Made by a program: the position numbers and the translations under genes. DNA of 63,487 bases, counting the filler, from Pelomyxa schiedti (Eukaryota; Protista; Evosea), in the NCBI GenBank assembly GCA_020536535.1. It is 6 parts of 6 records of this genome, joined end to end, with 100 filler letters (N's around TTAATTAATTAA, not from the genome) between each part and the next. Parts side by side here need not be neighbours in the genome. Positions count along the whole stretch, not along the records: positions 47,081 to 54,957 come from JAHLWZ010001336.1; positions 55,058 to 59,195 come from JAHLWZ010001637.1; positions 59,296 to 62,272 come from JAHLWZ010001844.1; positions 62,373 to 63,487 come from JAHLWZ010002805.1; 2 more parts are not named here. One strand, given 5' to 3'. The notes beneath the pieces are model-generated. The model was not told the DNA's origin. It searched no databases and saw only the letters and a program-made list of their open reading frames with translations. How positions within the stretch are numbered: the first letter of the stretch is position 1; each line of letters opens with the position of its first letter. Shown piece after piece: positions 52,201-63,487 of this stretch.

Positions 52201-53262
52201 AAGTTGAGGTGTGGTGGAAAGGGAAATCATGAATTTGACCTTGCGGCACTTGCTTTCAATAAAATTCATGAAGAAGTCATCACACCAGTGAACAAAAAAC
52301 CAGACCCACCCACCGCCATTCCACCCGAATTCAGAGCCGTGATTGGAATGGAGATCAGCAGCAGAGGCATCACATTGGGTGAGCTGTTGAGTTTGCTCCT
52401 CGAAAAAGGGAACGGAACCACATCTGTGCTTGACCAAGTTCTCCCTATCTCTTTGAGGTTGAAGATTCTGAGGAATGTGGCAGATGACATAACTCACTTG
52501 GGCCACTTTACCGTTTGCACACTGTCACCAGGTATTCCTTGGCTTAGTTTTGTTTAACCACCAACAGATAACATCGTTGTGCTATCACTGATGGAAGATG
52601 ATTGTGACGGACAATGGGCACAGGTTTGTTTTGCTTTGTTTCCTCTTAAACGAACGAAATTCAGATCAAGAATCCTCATGGAGATGCAAATTACACCTCA
52701 GTCTCTCAGATTCCACCAGCAGCCTTGATTTACTGTGCCCCCGAGGTGCTTCTAAACAAGGTAGCTGGTGGGGTGTACTGCAATGTCTGGAGCTTTGGTG
52801 ACGATTTCCCCTCAAATTCCACCGTTTCATTCTCACCATTGTATTCTCACTCCAGGGATCATTGCCCATGTTCTGTTGTACCCACTGCAGCAACCATACT
52901 CACACATTGCGTCCAACAACAAATACTTCTTCACAGACTACTCCAAAACAGCAGAGCGGGCAGCAACGACGTCATCATCCCACAATACTAACAACAGCGA
53001 TCACCACCAGCGCAGCCTCAACCCCTGGGCAATTGGCCGGGACCTCCTGAGAGGTGTAATCACTCCATTCCCTCCATCAAACATTCCAGCAGCCTCTGCT
53101 ACTGTTCACCAACAGGAACTAAAGCTTCACAGACTGGTGGCCGAGATAACAGGGCTATGCCTGAAGCCAAACGTTCGGACCAGGGACAGGAAACCCCTCC
53201 TCACCGTGTGGGATTATTTCCAACCAGGCCCTGGCCCTCACCATGGGACTGACACCTGTTGA
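49291..53262 (+). CDS. Roco-like protein: degenerate small-GTPase-like N-domain, short LRR, ROC, COR, pseudokinase
   Basis: LNLSGNNIQKIP; GDTGVGKTT; IWDLG; VGTHME; FLADIGTIVHF (COR); YCAPEVL, NVWSFG. Confidence 0.85.
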
Positions 53263-53435
53263 GGCTCCTTTTCGTTACGATAACGTTCCGTTCAAAATGT
53301 CAGACTCTATGACTACTTGTTAATTCATCTCCCTTTATGTGTGATTATTCTTTCATTGGTTGTCATTAGGGGGGGTTGGTGCCACCAGATTCATTGTCCG
53401 CGGGTTATGTAACGCTTTCGTTGTAGGTAACTCTG

Positions 53436-54957
53436 ATGAAAAAACAAAAAGGACAACACAGACATAAAATGCGCTCCCTGCACTGCTTCGTTGTTGGTCC
53501 CCCGGCGTGCGTGGACTCCCTGTTCGAGTCCCTTGCGACCTTGGAACCTGTGCGGGTCGCTGCAGACACCCTCGGACCCATAATCACAGTGGCCCGACCG
53601 GCCACCACCCCCACCGCCGTCAGCGACAGCGACGACACACACAACAACGGCGCCGCCTCCTTTTTCGACAAAAGCACCATCCGCATGTGTAACGAGTTGA
53701 TTGTAAAACAACAAACACCGACGACAACCAAAGGAGTGGAATCGGAAGAGCACGAAATGCGCTATACGTTCCGCCGCTGTGACGACAACGAAAGGCTCAA
53801 AGATGATGCCCGAAAGTTTTACACTGTGTATGCACGTTTTGTTGCCGTTCTTGTTGTTAGTCTCGATTTTTTAATTGTCGTTGCTCGTTGACAGGAAACC
53901 TGCTGAAAGAGTGTTGCTCGTTCTGTATTCTTTTGAGTTCAGGAGTTTCTGCACAACAATATCTTTTGTACTGAAACGATTCCTTGACATGGCTGACAGA
54001 AACGGCGCTGTTGTGCAACATAGTGTGAATCTGTACCTTGTTGACTGCAGTGCACAAAATGACCATGTTCCAAAGCAGAATGCAGTGAGTTACAGATTGT
54101 TCTCCATTCACATGGCTTTTTCTGTGTGTCTCATGGTTAACCTTAACACCACTCACACTGACACCAGTTTTGTGCTTACAAAATGCTGAAGTGGACTCCA
54201 AAGCCAGGAACTTTGGACACCCTGCTATCACTCATATCAGATTCCTCACATGATGTACCCCCATTCCACCAAGATTGTCTAGGTTCCCCTCGCTTCACAG
54301 ACTTACCATCTGAATCTCAAATGGTTCCATTGCCAAACATCCCCACCATCCTCGACATCTCATGTGCTGATCTCACAACAGCCCACATGGTCATGCAACT
54401 TGTGCATGATCACTGTTTACAGTTTCCATTCTTCACAGTGTCAATGGCACTCAGGACTTGGTTGTTAGCAAAGAACCACACTGCTGTTGGTGTTGTGTGC
54501 CTTGCTCGGACTCTCACTGACTCTGAGAACATCAGCCTGTCAGACTTGAGATTGGACTCTGTTCCTGAATCATTGAGGACATTGACATGCAGGACGCTGG
54601 ACCTCTCCAGTAACCACATTCCAGTGATTCCCAAATGGTTGGCTGAAAGGCCCAATGTGAGATTTGGTGATGGTGACCACAGGAGCATTGGACAGGAAAA
54701 GAGAGGCAGAGTTAAGACAGACACACACAAACTTGTGATTGTTGGAGAATCACTGACACCATTCCACCAATGGTTCCTCCTCAGCAGGTCTGTGCTCATT
54801 GTAGTTTTTGATGTATCCAAAGCACTGATGCTGAAGGAACCACACATGGCAGTTACAAGGTGGTTGAATGAAATCTCAGTTTCCAGGAGCAGGGGTGCCA
54901 GGACAAGGAGGGGAGTCATTGCTGTTGGAACCCACATGGAGGGAATTGAGCCAAACA
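53436..54957 (+). CDS. Tandem Roco paralog, truncated by contig end, ROC G1-G3 deleted
   Basis: High similarity to ~49820-50880 (MLKW..GTLDTLLS, LDISCAD, KEPHMAV). Confidence 0.8.
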
Positions 54958-55057
54958 NNNNNNNNNNNNNNNNNNNNNNNNNNNNNNNNNNNNNNNNNNN
55001 NTTAATTAATTAANNNNNNNNNNNNNNNNNNNNNNNNNNNNNNNNNNNNNNNNNNNN

Positions 55058-55180
55058 CAACCCCATGCAAGGCCAGCAGTCAACAGTGACAGCCACCACA
55101 CAGCTCTCTGATCCTGGCCGCGTGTATGAGTGGCACCTCTCAATCTCTGACCTCAATCGAGACCAGTGGGTTGCGTATAA
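55058..55180 (+). pseudogene. Fragment of a paralogous SPRY-like exon (copy of ~57880-57995)
   Basis: QSTVTATTQLSDPGRVYEWHLSISDL vs QSTVTATTQLSDPDCVYEWNLSISDL; similarity stops after WVAY. Confidence 0.7.
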
Positions 55181-55473
55181 ACAAGTAGTGTGCCTTCGCA
55201 AAAAAATGAGCTTTGTGACTCCTTTATTTGGGAAACAATCCGACTCACCAGGTGAGTGCCACACAAGGGCTATTTTCACCTTGATTTAGGGGAAATCAAC
55301 GTGCAACACCAACGAAAACAACCCTCTAACAGATAAGCAAGTACTTGTTGAGACTTGGCAACGAAATTTCAAACGATACTTGCCAAGTACTTACTTGAAA
55401 TAACAACCCTGCTTGGCAAGATCAAAAAGTTCCATCCCAAAATTACTTCCCCTTTCGTTTTCGTTTAGTTTCG

Positions 55474-58280
55474 ATGATGGCAGGAGTGACAACGGGCGTT
55501 GTTGTTGCCGCACCACCATCAACACACCAACAACAACAAAGACGATGCAGTGTGTGCAGGGATCCCATAAGCGAACAACCGAACGCGTCGGAGCGTGGTG
55601 GTCGTAACCCCCCTGTCGTCGTTGAGCCGGAGTGTGGGCACGTGGTGTGTGGCGATTGCAGCGGAGCCATCGTCACGTTCTCGAGGGACATCCCACAATC
55701 CTCTGCCTCGCGGGAGGGTGCGGTCACAAAACGTGGAAGTAGCGCCCGCGGCGGCGGCGGCGGTGTTCCTGGGGATGGGGACCGCAACTCGCCGACGTCG
55801 GCAGCCGCGTTGCGAGTGTGGTGCGGCGTGTGCGGGGCCACAAGGGACGCCACAGTGCGCCAACTGACCCCCCCGCCCAACAAATCACCACCATCGGCTG
55901 ATTCAACCACCGGACCCACGGCGGGCAGCGCCAGTGGCGGTGGCGTTGTGGCGAGTTGCACCAGGTGCGCGGCGATGGGAGTTATGGGAGTGAGTGGCAA
56001 GCACTGGTGCAAGGAGTGCACGAGGGCATTTGGAGGGGGCTCCCCGGTGTTGTTCTGCGAATCGTGTTGGTCCACCGTGCATTGGGCTCCTGGTTTGATG
56101 TCACATGTGAAATGTGACCCTGTGTCTGCTATTGTGGATCAGGCCCCCGAACGTAACCCTTTCCTTCTCTCATTTGAATGATTTATATTTTTGAATCCGA
56201 TGAACAAACAGGAAGGATGATGTGTGAGAAGCACCGTCTTCAGATGGACTTGTTCTGTGAGAGTGATAGCACATTCATTTGCCCCACATGCTCGTTCTCA
56301 TCTTCACACAAGGTTTTCTTTCTCCTACCTTTGCTCATTTGGCTGATCTCGCATTGAAGGGACACAACATTTCGACTGTGGAAGACCTGTGCAGCTCCAA
56401 AAAATCGAGTGTTGAGGCCTTTGTGCAGAAACTCACCAAATTGCAAACTGATTTGAGCTTGAGTGCAAAGTCCATTGAGCCGGTGATCTCAAATGTGAAA
56501 CAGGTTTCTTTTCATTTGAAAATGGCTTTCTTTCAACCAATTCAATACAAACAACAAGATTCACAGTGAGTTTGAGGAAAAAGTCTGCCGGGAATTCAGT
56601 GAGATGATTTCAAGATTGCAAAGAAGACAAGAGGAACTGCTTTCGTTGTCAAGGTCAATTGCATCCTCCAAGAGTGTGTCCTCTAGTTCTTTCTCTTTCT
56701 TTTTTGAAGCTTTGATTTCAACAGCATGTGAGTTGTCGCAGCAACTTGAGAGCATCACAGCAGGAGTGATGCACATTGAGAGTTTCAAATCCAGGTTTGA
56801 ATCAATCTTGAAGACTGGCGATCCCTTCAGAATCATCGAATCTTGCGATTCAATGGCTGTCATCCTGAGGGTAAGTGCTGTTTCAATGACCTAGCTTGCG
56901 GGATACCTATCTGACGCAAATGAAAACAGCAAATTGAATGCAAACCGGAGCACTTGACACCCTGTGTCAGTGCAACTTTGAGCCGTTGCACTGATGGCAT
57001 TGAACCCTTCAAGGAAAAGATTCCTGGCCTCTGTTACATCTCAACTGGTTGGTTGCTTCACTTTCCCCATTCACTATTCTGAAATCCAAAAAAAAAACCA
57101 CAGGGCCAGTGCTTGAATGCATAAAGGAGGAAACAACAGGAGGACGTTCAGTTACACTGTGTGGACAGTGGGCACCGCAGGCAATGAACCAAGATATTCG
57201 AGTGGGAGTTGGTGAATCAGAGTGCACAAACGTGAATATTGTCACTCCTGGCTCGGTTCTCACTTTCACATTGCCAGATTGTGGTGTTGGATGTGACCTC
57301 CCTGTGTCACTCTCTGTGTTTGGAACTCCTGCTCACAGACCGAATGACGCGAGATTCTCATTCAGAGGTATCTCGTAGTGAAGTTTTTCCCAACTTTGAC
57401 CATGAAAACAAAACAGCACCAGTGATTCAGAATGTCACGAAGGTTCCTCGACAAGGTGGAAAGACAACAATCACAGGACATGGCTTTGGTGCCTCACCTC
57501 GCGAAATCACGGTGTCTGTCAATGGCATGCACCCCTTTCTTTTTCCTTGTATGCTTTGGGGTCTGACACACAACTAAGGAGTGGAATGCACCAGCGTTGA
57601 AGTGACACATCCACACACTGAGATTACGTGCACAGTGCCGCCACAACCCCGAGACAACAACTCCAACCACGCAACATTGGTTCTCACAGTTGCTGGTCAA
57701 CATGTTTCATCCACTCCTCTGATTTTTGGTGTGTTGTTTAATGTTCACAATCAGTCACTTCCTTCTTACCAAAACAGAAACAACGTGGGAGTGGGATACA
57801 GGGTGCTGTGGGAACCTCCTTGTGATCCCAACACATGACAAATCAATGGTGCACAAGCCAGTGTCCGGCCCCAAACAGCACGCACAATCAACAGTGACAG
57901 CCACCACACAGCTCTCTGATCCTGACTGCGTGTATGAGTGGAACCTCTCAATCTCTGACCTCAAGGAATCAACTGGATTCCACTGGGTTGTGTACGGGCT
58001 CATTCAGAAGCCGTTTGACCAAAAAACCTCAGACGATGCAGTTGTCTTCCTGTACAGCTGGACAACAGGCGGCCAGTGCTACCATCTACCACGAGGCACA
58101 CCCACGTTCCAAGCCGCAGGGGGGACAGAGGAAGTGACACTGAGGTATGACGCACGCGCACTCACGCTCACTGCAACGTGGCCGCGACACAACAACGCAA
58201 CCGCAACGGTGAACAACATCCCAAGGGGCTTGTATCCTGCTGTAAACCTTTACAACCACAACACCGTCAAGATAACATAA
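55474..58280 (+). CDS. TRIM-like protein: RING, two B-boxes, coiled coil, two IPT/TIG, SPRY-like domain
   Basis: CSVC...CGHVVCGDC...CGVC; CTRC...WCKEC...FCESCWSTVH; CEKH..LFCESD..ICPTC; GGKTTITGHGFG; LYPAVNL. Confidence 0.8.
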
Positions 58281-58718
58281 AAAAAAACCTGTGATCGAAG
58301 ATTGGGACTCACACTAAAAAATTCTGAGAATTCCTTCTCAGAATTTTTTTTGCCCAAAAGTGCCCTGGTCCATAAAAAAAAAAATCTGGTCAGGAGAAAT
58401 AATTCTTTTTTTCTGTGAAATAAACACACATGCAGGCACAGAGGACATTAACCCATAACAAGTTGTACTGAGATGGCACAGTGTCTCTCTGGAGGTGACT
58501 TGTCCTCAGTGTGACGTGGACTCAATTCCTTGGTTTTAAGTAGTTACTGTTGCTGGTTGTGACAATAATATTGAGTTGTTCATGTGACAACAAGCTCTGA
58601 CAACCACATGCCTCACACCCTGTGACAAAACCACAGGCCACAGAAATTCACAGAAAAAAAGTATTTTGGTTAGGATTTCGTTTTGTGGACCAAAAACCCC
58701 CTAGTGTGAGTCCCAAAG

Positions 58719-59195
58719 ATGGCGGCAACAACAACGGGCAGCGGTCGGCGGCACCACCGGTTCGAGGAGGCGCGGTTCAACAGCCCGACGTGGTGCGATT
58801 TCTGCAAGGGGTTCGTCAAGAACCCGTTCGGGAAGCAGGGCTACACGTGCGCGTCGTGCGGCTACAAAATACACAGCAAGTGCCTGTCACTAGCAAACGA
58901 ACTCCCCTGCTCCGCTCCCTTGTCGTCCTCCTCCTCGTCCTCTTCCTCGTCGCCGTCCGAGTCGGATGTGTGTGATTACTTTTTCATTATTGTTGTTGTT
59001 TTACTTCTTTTTCTAACTTATGGGGGGTTTTTTTTTCCTATTTGCATGGCCTTGCACATGTGTGGAATTGAGTTGTTAGTTAGTTAGTAGTTGGGGGTTT
59101 TGGATTTTTGAATGCTACTGAATGACTTATAAGGAATATAGGGAGAAAGCTCGGCGTGCAGTAGTCACTCTTCACCATTGTCACGACGTACTGCT
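58719..59195 (+). CDS. C1 (DAG/phorbol-ester-type) domain protein, partial
   Basis: HRFEEARFNSPTWCDFCKGFV...QGYTCASCGYKIHSKC...C. Confidence 0.85.
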
Positions 59196-59295
59196 NNNNN
59201 NNNNNNNNNNNNNNNNNNNNNNNNNNNNNNNNNNNNNNNTTAATTAATTAANNNNNNNNNNNNNNNNNNNNNNNNNNNNNNNNNNNNNNNNNNNN

Positions 59296-60066
59296 GTAAT
59301 GCCAGATGCAGCTTGCTTGATGTATGCAATCACTTCACCCATCATATTCGCACAGCAAGCTGTCATCCCATCTGGTGTCACTGAAAGAGGAAATGAGAAC
59401 TTTCTGAAAGGAAAGGAAAGCTTTACCTTTGGGCACAAAATAAGCTCGCGGTGCGTTGTCAAATGTAACAACAAGTGCTGCGTCTGCTGGTGGAACCTCC
59501 ATAAGAGTCCCCTCCTCGAAAGAGGGCGGCAATGTAGGCCCCCTCTTTGCAGTGTGGCGCTTGAACGGATTCTCCGAATACGATGAAGAGATAAGAGGCT
59601 GTGCAGGAAGTGGCACCGCTGAAAATTCTGGAATAACTCTCCGCGGGAAGAAGAAGAGCATAATAGCGACGGCAAAATTGAGGAACGCAATGCACGCCAG
59701 CATGCCCCACATGATATGAAACCCTCTCGATGTGGGCCAAACTTCATCGCTTTCGCACGAGGAACTTCCAGATCCACTGCAGCTGCCTGTTGAAGTGACA
59801 ACATAGTTCTGGTCCATCACGGCGTTTATCAAAATTGGGCCGAGTGCTTGCCCAAAGAATCGTACACATTCCTAGCGCCGATCCCAGGTCTTATTAAGTC
59901 GTCGTTTGGAGAAACTGGAACTGCCCGTGAGATATGCCGTAATGCAAAATACCTGAGAAAGATCGGCGACTATTACCTTGAAACAGAAAAAAAAAAAAAA
60001 AAAAACACACCTGGGGAAAGACGCATATAATTTGTTGTTATGCGCCACAAGAAAGTGAACTCCCAC
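59296..60066 (-). CDS. Hypothetical single-pass membrane protein, partial
   Basis: TM IMWGMLACIAFLNFAVAIMLFFF; runs into the gap. Confidence 0.45.
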
Positions 60067-60243
60067 TATTTCTGCCCCATGGGGTTCTCAAGTTACTTGC
60101 ATTGTGGTGTGCTTGTTCTGTGGAGCACGTGCGTTTCTGTGTTTACGAGGAAAGCGTTGATTGCGTTGTTGAAGGCGGAGTGGAGGTGCTGTTGCTACCC
60201 CCCGTGATTGTTTGTAGAAGGGGAAAGAAGCAATTTGGAGTTG

Positions 60244-60722
60244 AATCCCACAATTTAGCCCACCGAAAAATCAGCGTTAGCAACACCAAGCCAGCCGAAG
60301 AGATTTCCGGAGATTGGAGGGGGGTTTGATGAGGTCGGACCAAGCAGGCTCTACGGCCCCTGACTGTGTCTTCCTCCCTTCAATATTCCACAAATGAAAA
60401 AAAAAAAATTTTTTTTTCCCCGGTTCAATGCACCTCAACACGCCAGTGACAGGTCGAAGAATTACTGTAACTATCACATTGTTTGGAATCCTCCAGGCCA
60501 TAAAGAAGAACGCCGCCAACTGCGATAAGTAATTCTGGAATTCAACCCCGAAAACAGACAAAAAAAAAAGATTTGTGGATAATTGAAGGGAGGAAGACAC
60601 AGTCAGGGGCCGTAGAGCCTGCTTGGTCCGACCTCATCAAACCCCCCTCCAATCTCCGGAAATCTCTTCGGCTGGCTTGGTGTTGTTAACGCTGATTTTT
60701 CGGTGGGCTAAATTGTGGGATT
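60244..60722. repeat. Long inverted repeat, arms 60244-60395 and 60571-60722
   Basis: ~152-bp arms with about 3 mismatches, ~175-bp spacer. Confidence 0.93.
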
Positions 60723-60865
60723 TCACCTACAATTGGGGCGAAGGAAAAAAATGCTGTTACTTAGTGTACTGTTGGAAGCCGTTCTGGCTGGGAGAAACAA
60801 CTTATGTGCGTTGGTTTTGTGCTGCTGTCTTATTATAGTGTTCTTCTTCCTTATGATTGGGTGTT

Positions 60866-62100
60866 TTAGGTGGAGGGATTCCTTGTGGTGGCTTGCCTTG
60901 CCTTCTTGTATGCTTCTTTTCTCTCATATACTTCCATGACCTTAGCATCGACTTCTTCCTTTGTCATCCAAGTTGAATTTTTGATAGACAATCCTTCCCA
61001 TTTGACTCTGAATTTCAAAACTCCATCTATCACCTTTGCTGATGTAATTCTCTCTTGTTTCATCACCGGTTCTTGTGGTATCTCATACTTTTGCTCTTCT
61101 TCAGCCGCTTTAACTCTAAGCTCACTATCCAGATACGGCTTGAGTCTATCAATATGAATTACTGGGTGTATTCCTTCAGGTAGTCCTGTCAATGTTCTAT
61201 ACAACTCAGTAGGCTTGTCAACAATTCTGTATGGTCCAGTCTATTTTGGCTTTCCAGATTGTTGCTTTGTCATTGGTATTTGTAACCAAACATCGGTAAG
61301 AATTGGACCTACTTTTGTACACAAGATTGAGCGCATTTATGTTGAGTCGACATTGTTGTCTTCTAAGATTCGTGATCAACAAGGGTACTTCACCTTTGTC
61401 ATCAACCTTGGCTAATACTGTTGCACACATCACAGCTTTATGTCCTTTTTGTTGCTCTATGCATACTTCATCGCCAGGAGATATATCCCGCACTTTGACC
61501 TTGATTACAGTGAAAACATCGAGCTTTGATTCTGACAGAGATACATCCGCTCCTGTGTCCAATAATTGCCAAGTGGACATGTAGTCACAGCAAAAGTGTC
61601 TGGTCACTTGCTCGTGGGTATACCTCATTCTGTGCGTATAGGCTTCGATACTCTCATTTGCACCTTGAATCATATTCAGCAGCGTTTGTCTAGCGAGCTT
61701 ATCTTCCTCAAGTAAGTAATTTTCCAGGAATACACGCTCAACATCCTTCAGAGCAGACATTTGTATGATTTGCGGTCCTAAATATAATGCAGCATCGCCC
61801 GATAACACTGTCACAATATGCGCAATAGTAGTGGCTTCAGACCATCCCGAGGCCCATCTATGTGCTAGCACCGCTTCCCACCAGCAACGCGCAATGCATG
61901 ATTCACCCTCTCCTTGAAGTATCCATCGGCGGACTCTTATCTTCTCCAGGCATTCCTATTTCTATTATGTTCTTTCAACTCACTTTGACTAGCGGACTGT
62001 TTCCGGAACTTTCTAGTTACTGTACAACTCTCCCCACTATCTGTCTTGTCTCACTAGCTCAACTTGCACTGTGTATTTCCCGCTATGACTGAACTCGCAC
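60866..62100 (-). mobile_element. Internally deleted Ty3/gypsy chromovirus-like retrotransposon remnant
   Basis: Gag-like QGANESIEAYTHRMR, protease LLDTGADVS, integrase tail GPYRIV...HPVIHIDRLKPY, chromodomain FRVKWEGLSIKNSTW; no RT/RNase H/integrase core seen. Confidence 0.85.
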
Positions 62101-62372
62101 TTACTGTCTCTCAGCAACACCTAATGTTGGCAGCCTTTATGGCTGCGCCAAGCATAACTGGATCATGGGCGAAGGGGCGAAGGTGTCAGTGTTTTCCTCT
62201 ATGAAGTCTTCGCCCAAAAACCCAAGGGGCGAAGGTTTTTGCTGTCACTTCCCTCTGGAAACCTTCGCCCCTNNNNNNNNNNNNNNNNNNNNNNNNNNNN
62301 NNNNNNNNNNNNNNNNTTAATTAATTAANNNNNNNNNNNNNNNNNNNNNNNNNNNNNNNNNNNNNNNNNNNN

Positions 62373-62480
62373 CAGCACCACGATGATGATTGGACAGGTT
62401 CTTGTTGGGATGATGTCACGTGATCGTGCCACCAGGCTCTCTGCTTCTGTTGCTCTCAACTCATTTCACTCATCAGTTTA
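62373..62480 (+). CDS. C-terminal fragment, possibly protein kinase subdomain XI
   Basis: VLVGMMSRDRATRLSASVAL then stop. Confidence 0.35.
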
Positions 62481-62501
62481 AAATTATAAAATATTGGAGT
62501 T

Positions 62502-63483
62502 TCAAAGGAACAAATTTGCACAGGTTCCCAAGTTATAGTTCTGGCCCAACCACAACATTTCTATTTTCAACTTAAGATCAGGAATCCGACACCCAAAGAA
62601 CGGATTTTGTGCCAATTGTGGGACAACGTGGCACTCATCACGATGATGGGATGGCGCCTGTTGCGTAAGGGAGCAAGAAGACGCACTTTTCACCCCTGAT
62701 GCAGTGCCGGATGTTGTCAAAGTCATTGGAGATTGACGCCGGGGCCAGGACGCCGGAATAGCCGAACCCATCACAATAATACTGAAGTGACTTGTACCCG
62801 GTCTTGGTGTCGAGGTCTGTGTGTGTGTGCGGAATTAATAATGCAACAACGGTGGAATTAATCCAATATAGTTTTATGTAATATGGTGCTTTTGATTGTT
62901 ATGTTATCTGTGGGGGGTGAAGAGTTTGGGAGGAGGAGGAGGCATACTGATGTAGTCAATGTCATACGAGTTAGAATTGGACCTCTGCACCTTGATGTTG
63001 GGTGCTGTGTATTCTTCAATATATCCAAACACAACAGGTCCCTTTAACAATTGGCACATCATAACTTAGATTTGACGATGGTAGAGTCTGTGGTGGTATT
63101 TTTACCTCCATGGGAAGCACATTTGAGGGCGGTGACACATACTGACCGTCCCAAGCCGGTATGCTCCCAATCAGCCACTCCTTTGCTGTATCCACAGAAT
63201 ACTATTTATAAAGCTTCAGTAATACCCACCAAATAATGCTTGTATTATTCCCAATATTTACACAGTGAAAACAAAAAAAAACAGAGTGTCTACGCGTAAA
63301 CCCCACCTGGAAATTCACAGTGGACTGGCACCTGTTGATGAGGGTGTGGTACGTTGCGTTCGACGTCAGCCACGACAGGCACGTGCTGAGTGTCTGCTGT
63401 TGTCCCTCAACGACGCTCGGGAGTGTCCCCAATCCCACAATTGCGAAACCAACAGCAACCCAACACAGTATCCTCGTCTCCAT
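62502..63483 (-). CDS. Putative secreted Cys-containing protein, multi-exon
   Basis: Signal-peptide-like METRILCWVAVGFAIVGLG..VEG; 3' end uncertain. Confidence 0.45.
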
Positions 63484-63487
63484 TGTT

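Noticed and set aside
55058-57995. Repeat pair as DGR template/variable regions
   Set aside because: Mismatches are not exclusively at adenines, an indel is present and no DGR reverse transcriptase is seen; paralogy explains it
5740-58280. Apparent cluster of ubiquitin-system genes (Deltex, F-box, UBP, U-box, RING, BTB, TRIM)
   Set aside because: Spread over unlinked contigs, and these are large families in protists
1-63487. CRISPR arrays, rRNA, tRNA, stop-codon reassignment
   Set aside because: None recognised; short ORFs are explained by GT-AG introns under the standard code

Overview
Gene-dense, intron-rich eukaryotic DNA with short GT-AG introns and GC-rich low-complexity first exons. 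The gene content (Roco, RhoBTB, TRIM-IPT, ELAV, Deltex) suggests an amoebozoan-type protist, possibly Pelomyxa/Archamoebae-like; this is an inference. The window is six separate contigs joined by artificial N-TTAATTAATTAA-N linkers, so adjacency across linkers means nothing. I reconstructed about 25 spliced genes by eye, so boundaries are approximate. The top candidate for a new system is 2142-5521(-): it starts with a histone H3 tail mimic (MARTKQTQR..GG), followed by a Pol-beta-type nucleotidyltransferase-like core, a C2H2 finger and nucleoporin-like FG repeats. Other unusual fusions are a ZnF-UBP + M28 metallopeptidase, a membrane-anchored OpuAC-like solute-binding domain + class I phosphodiesterase, and a RhoBTB with a U-box inserted in BTB1. 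There are also tandem degenerate Roco genes and an internally deleted Ty3/gypsy chromovirus ending in a 152-bp inverted repeat.
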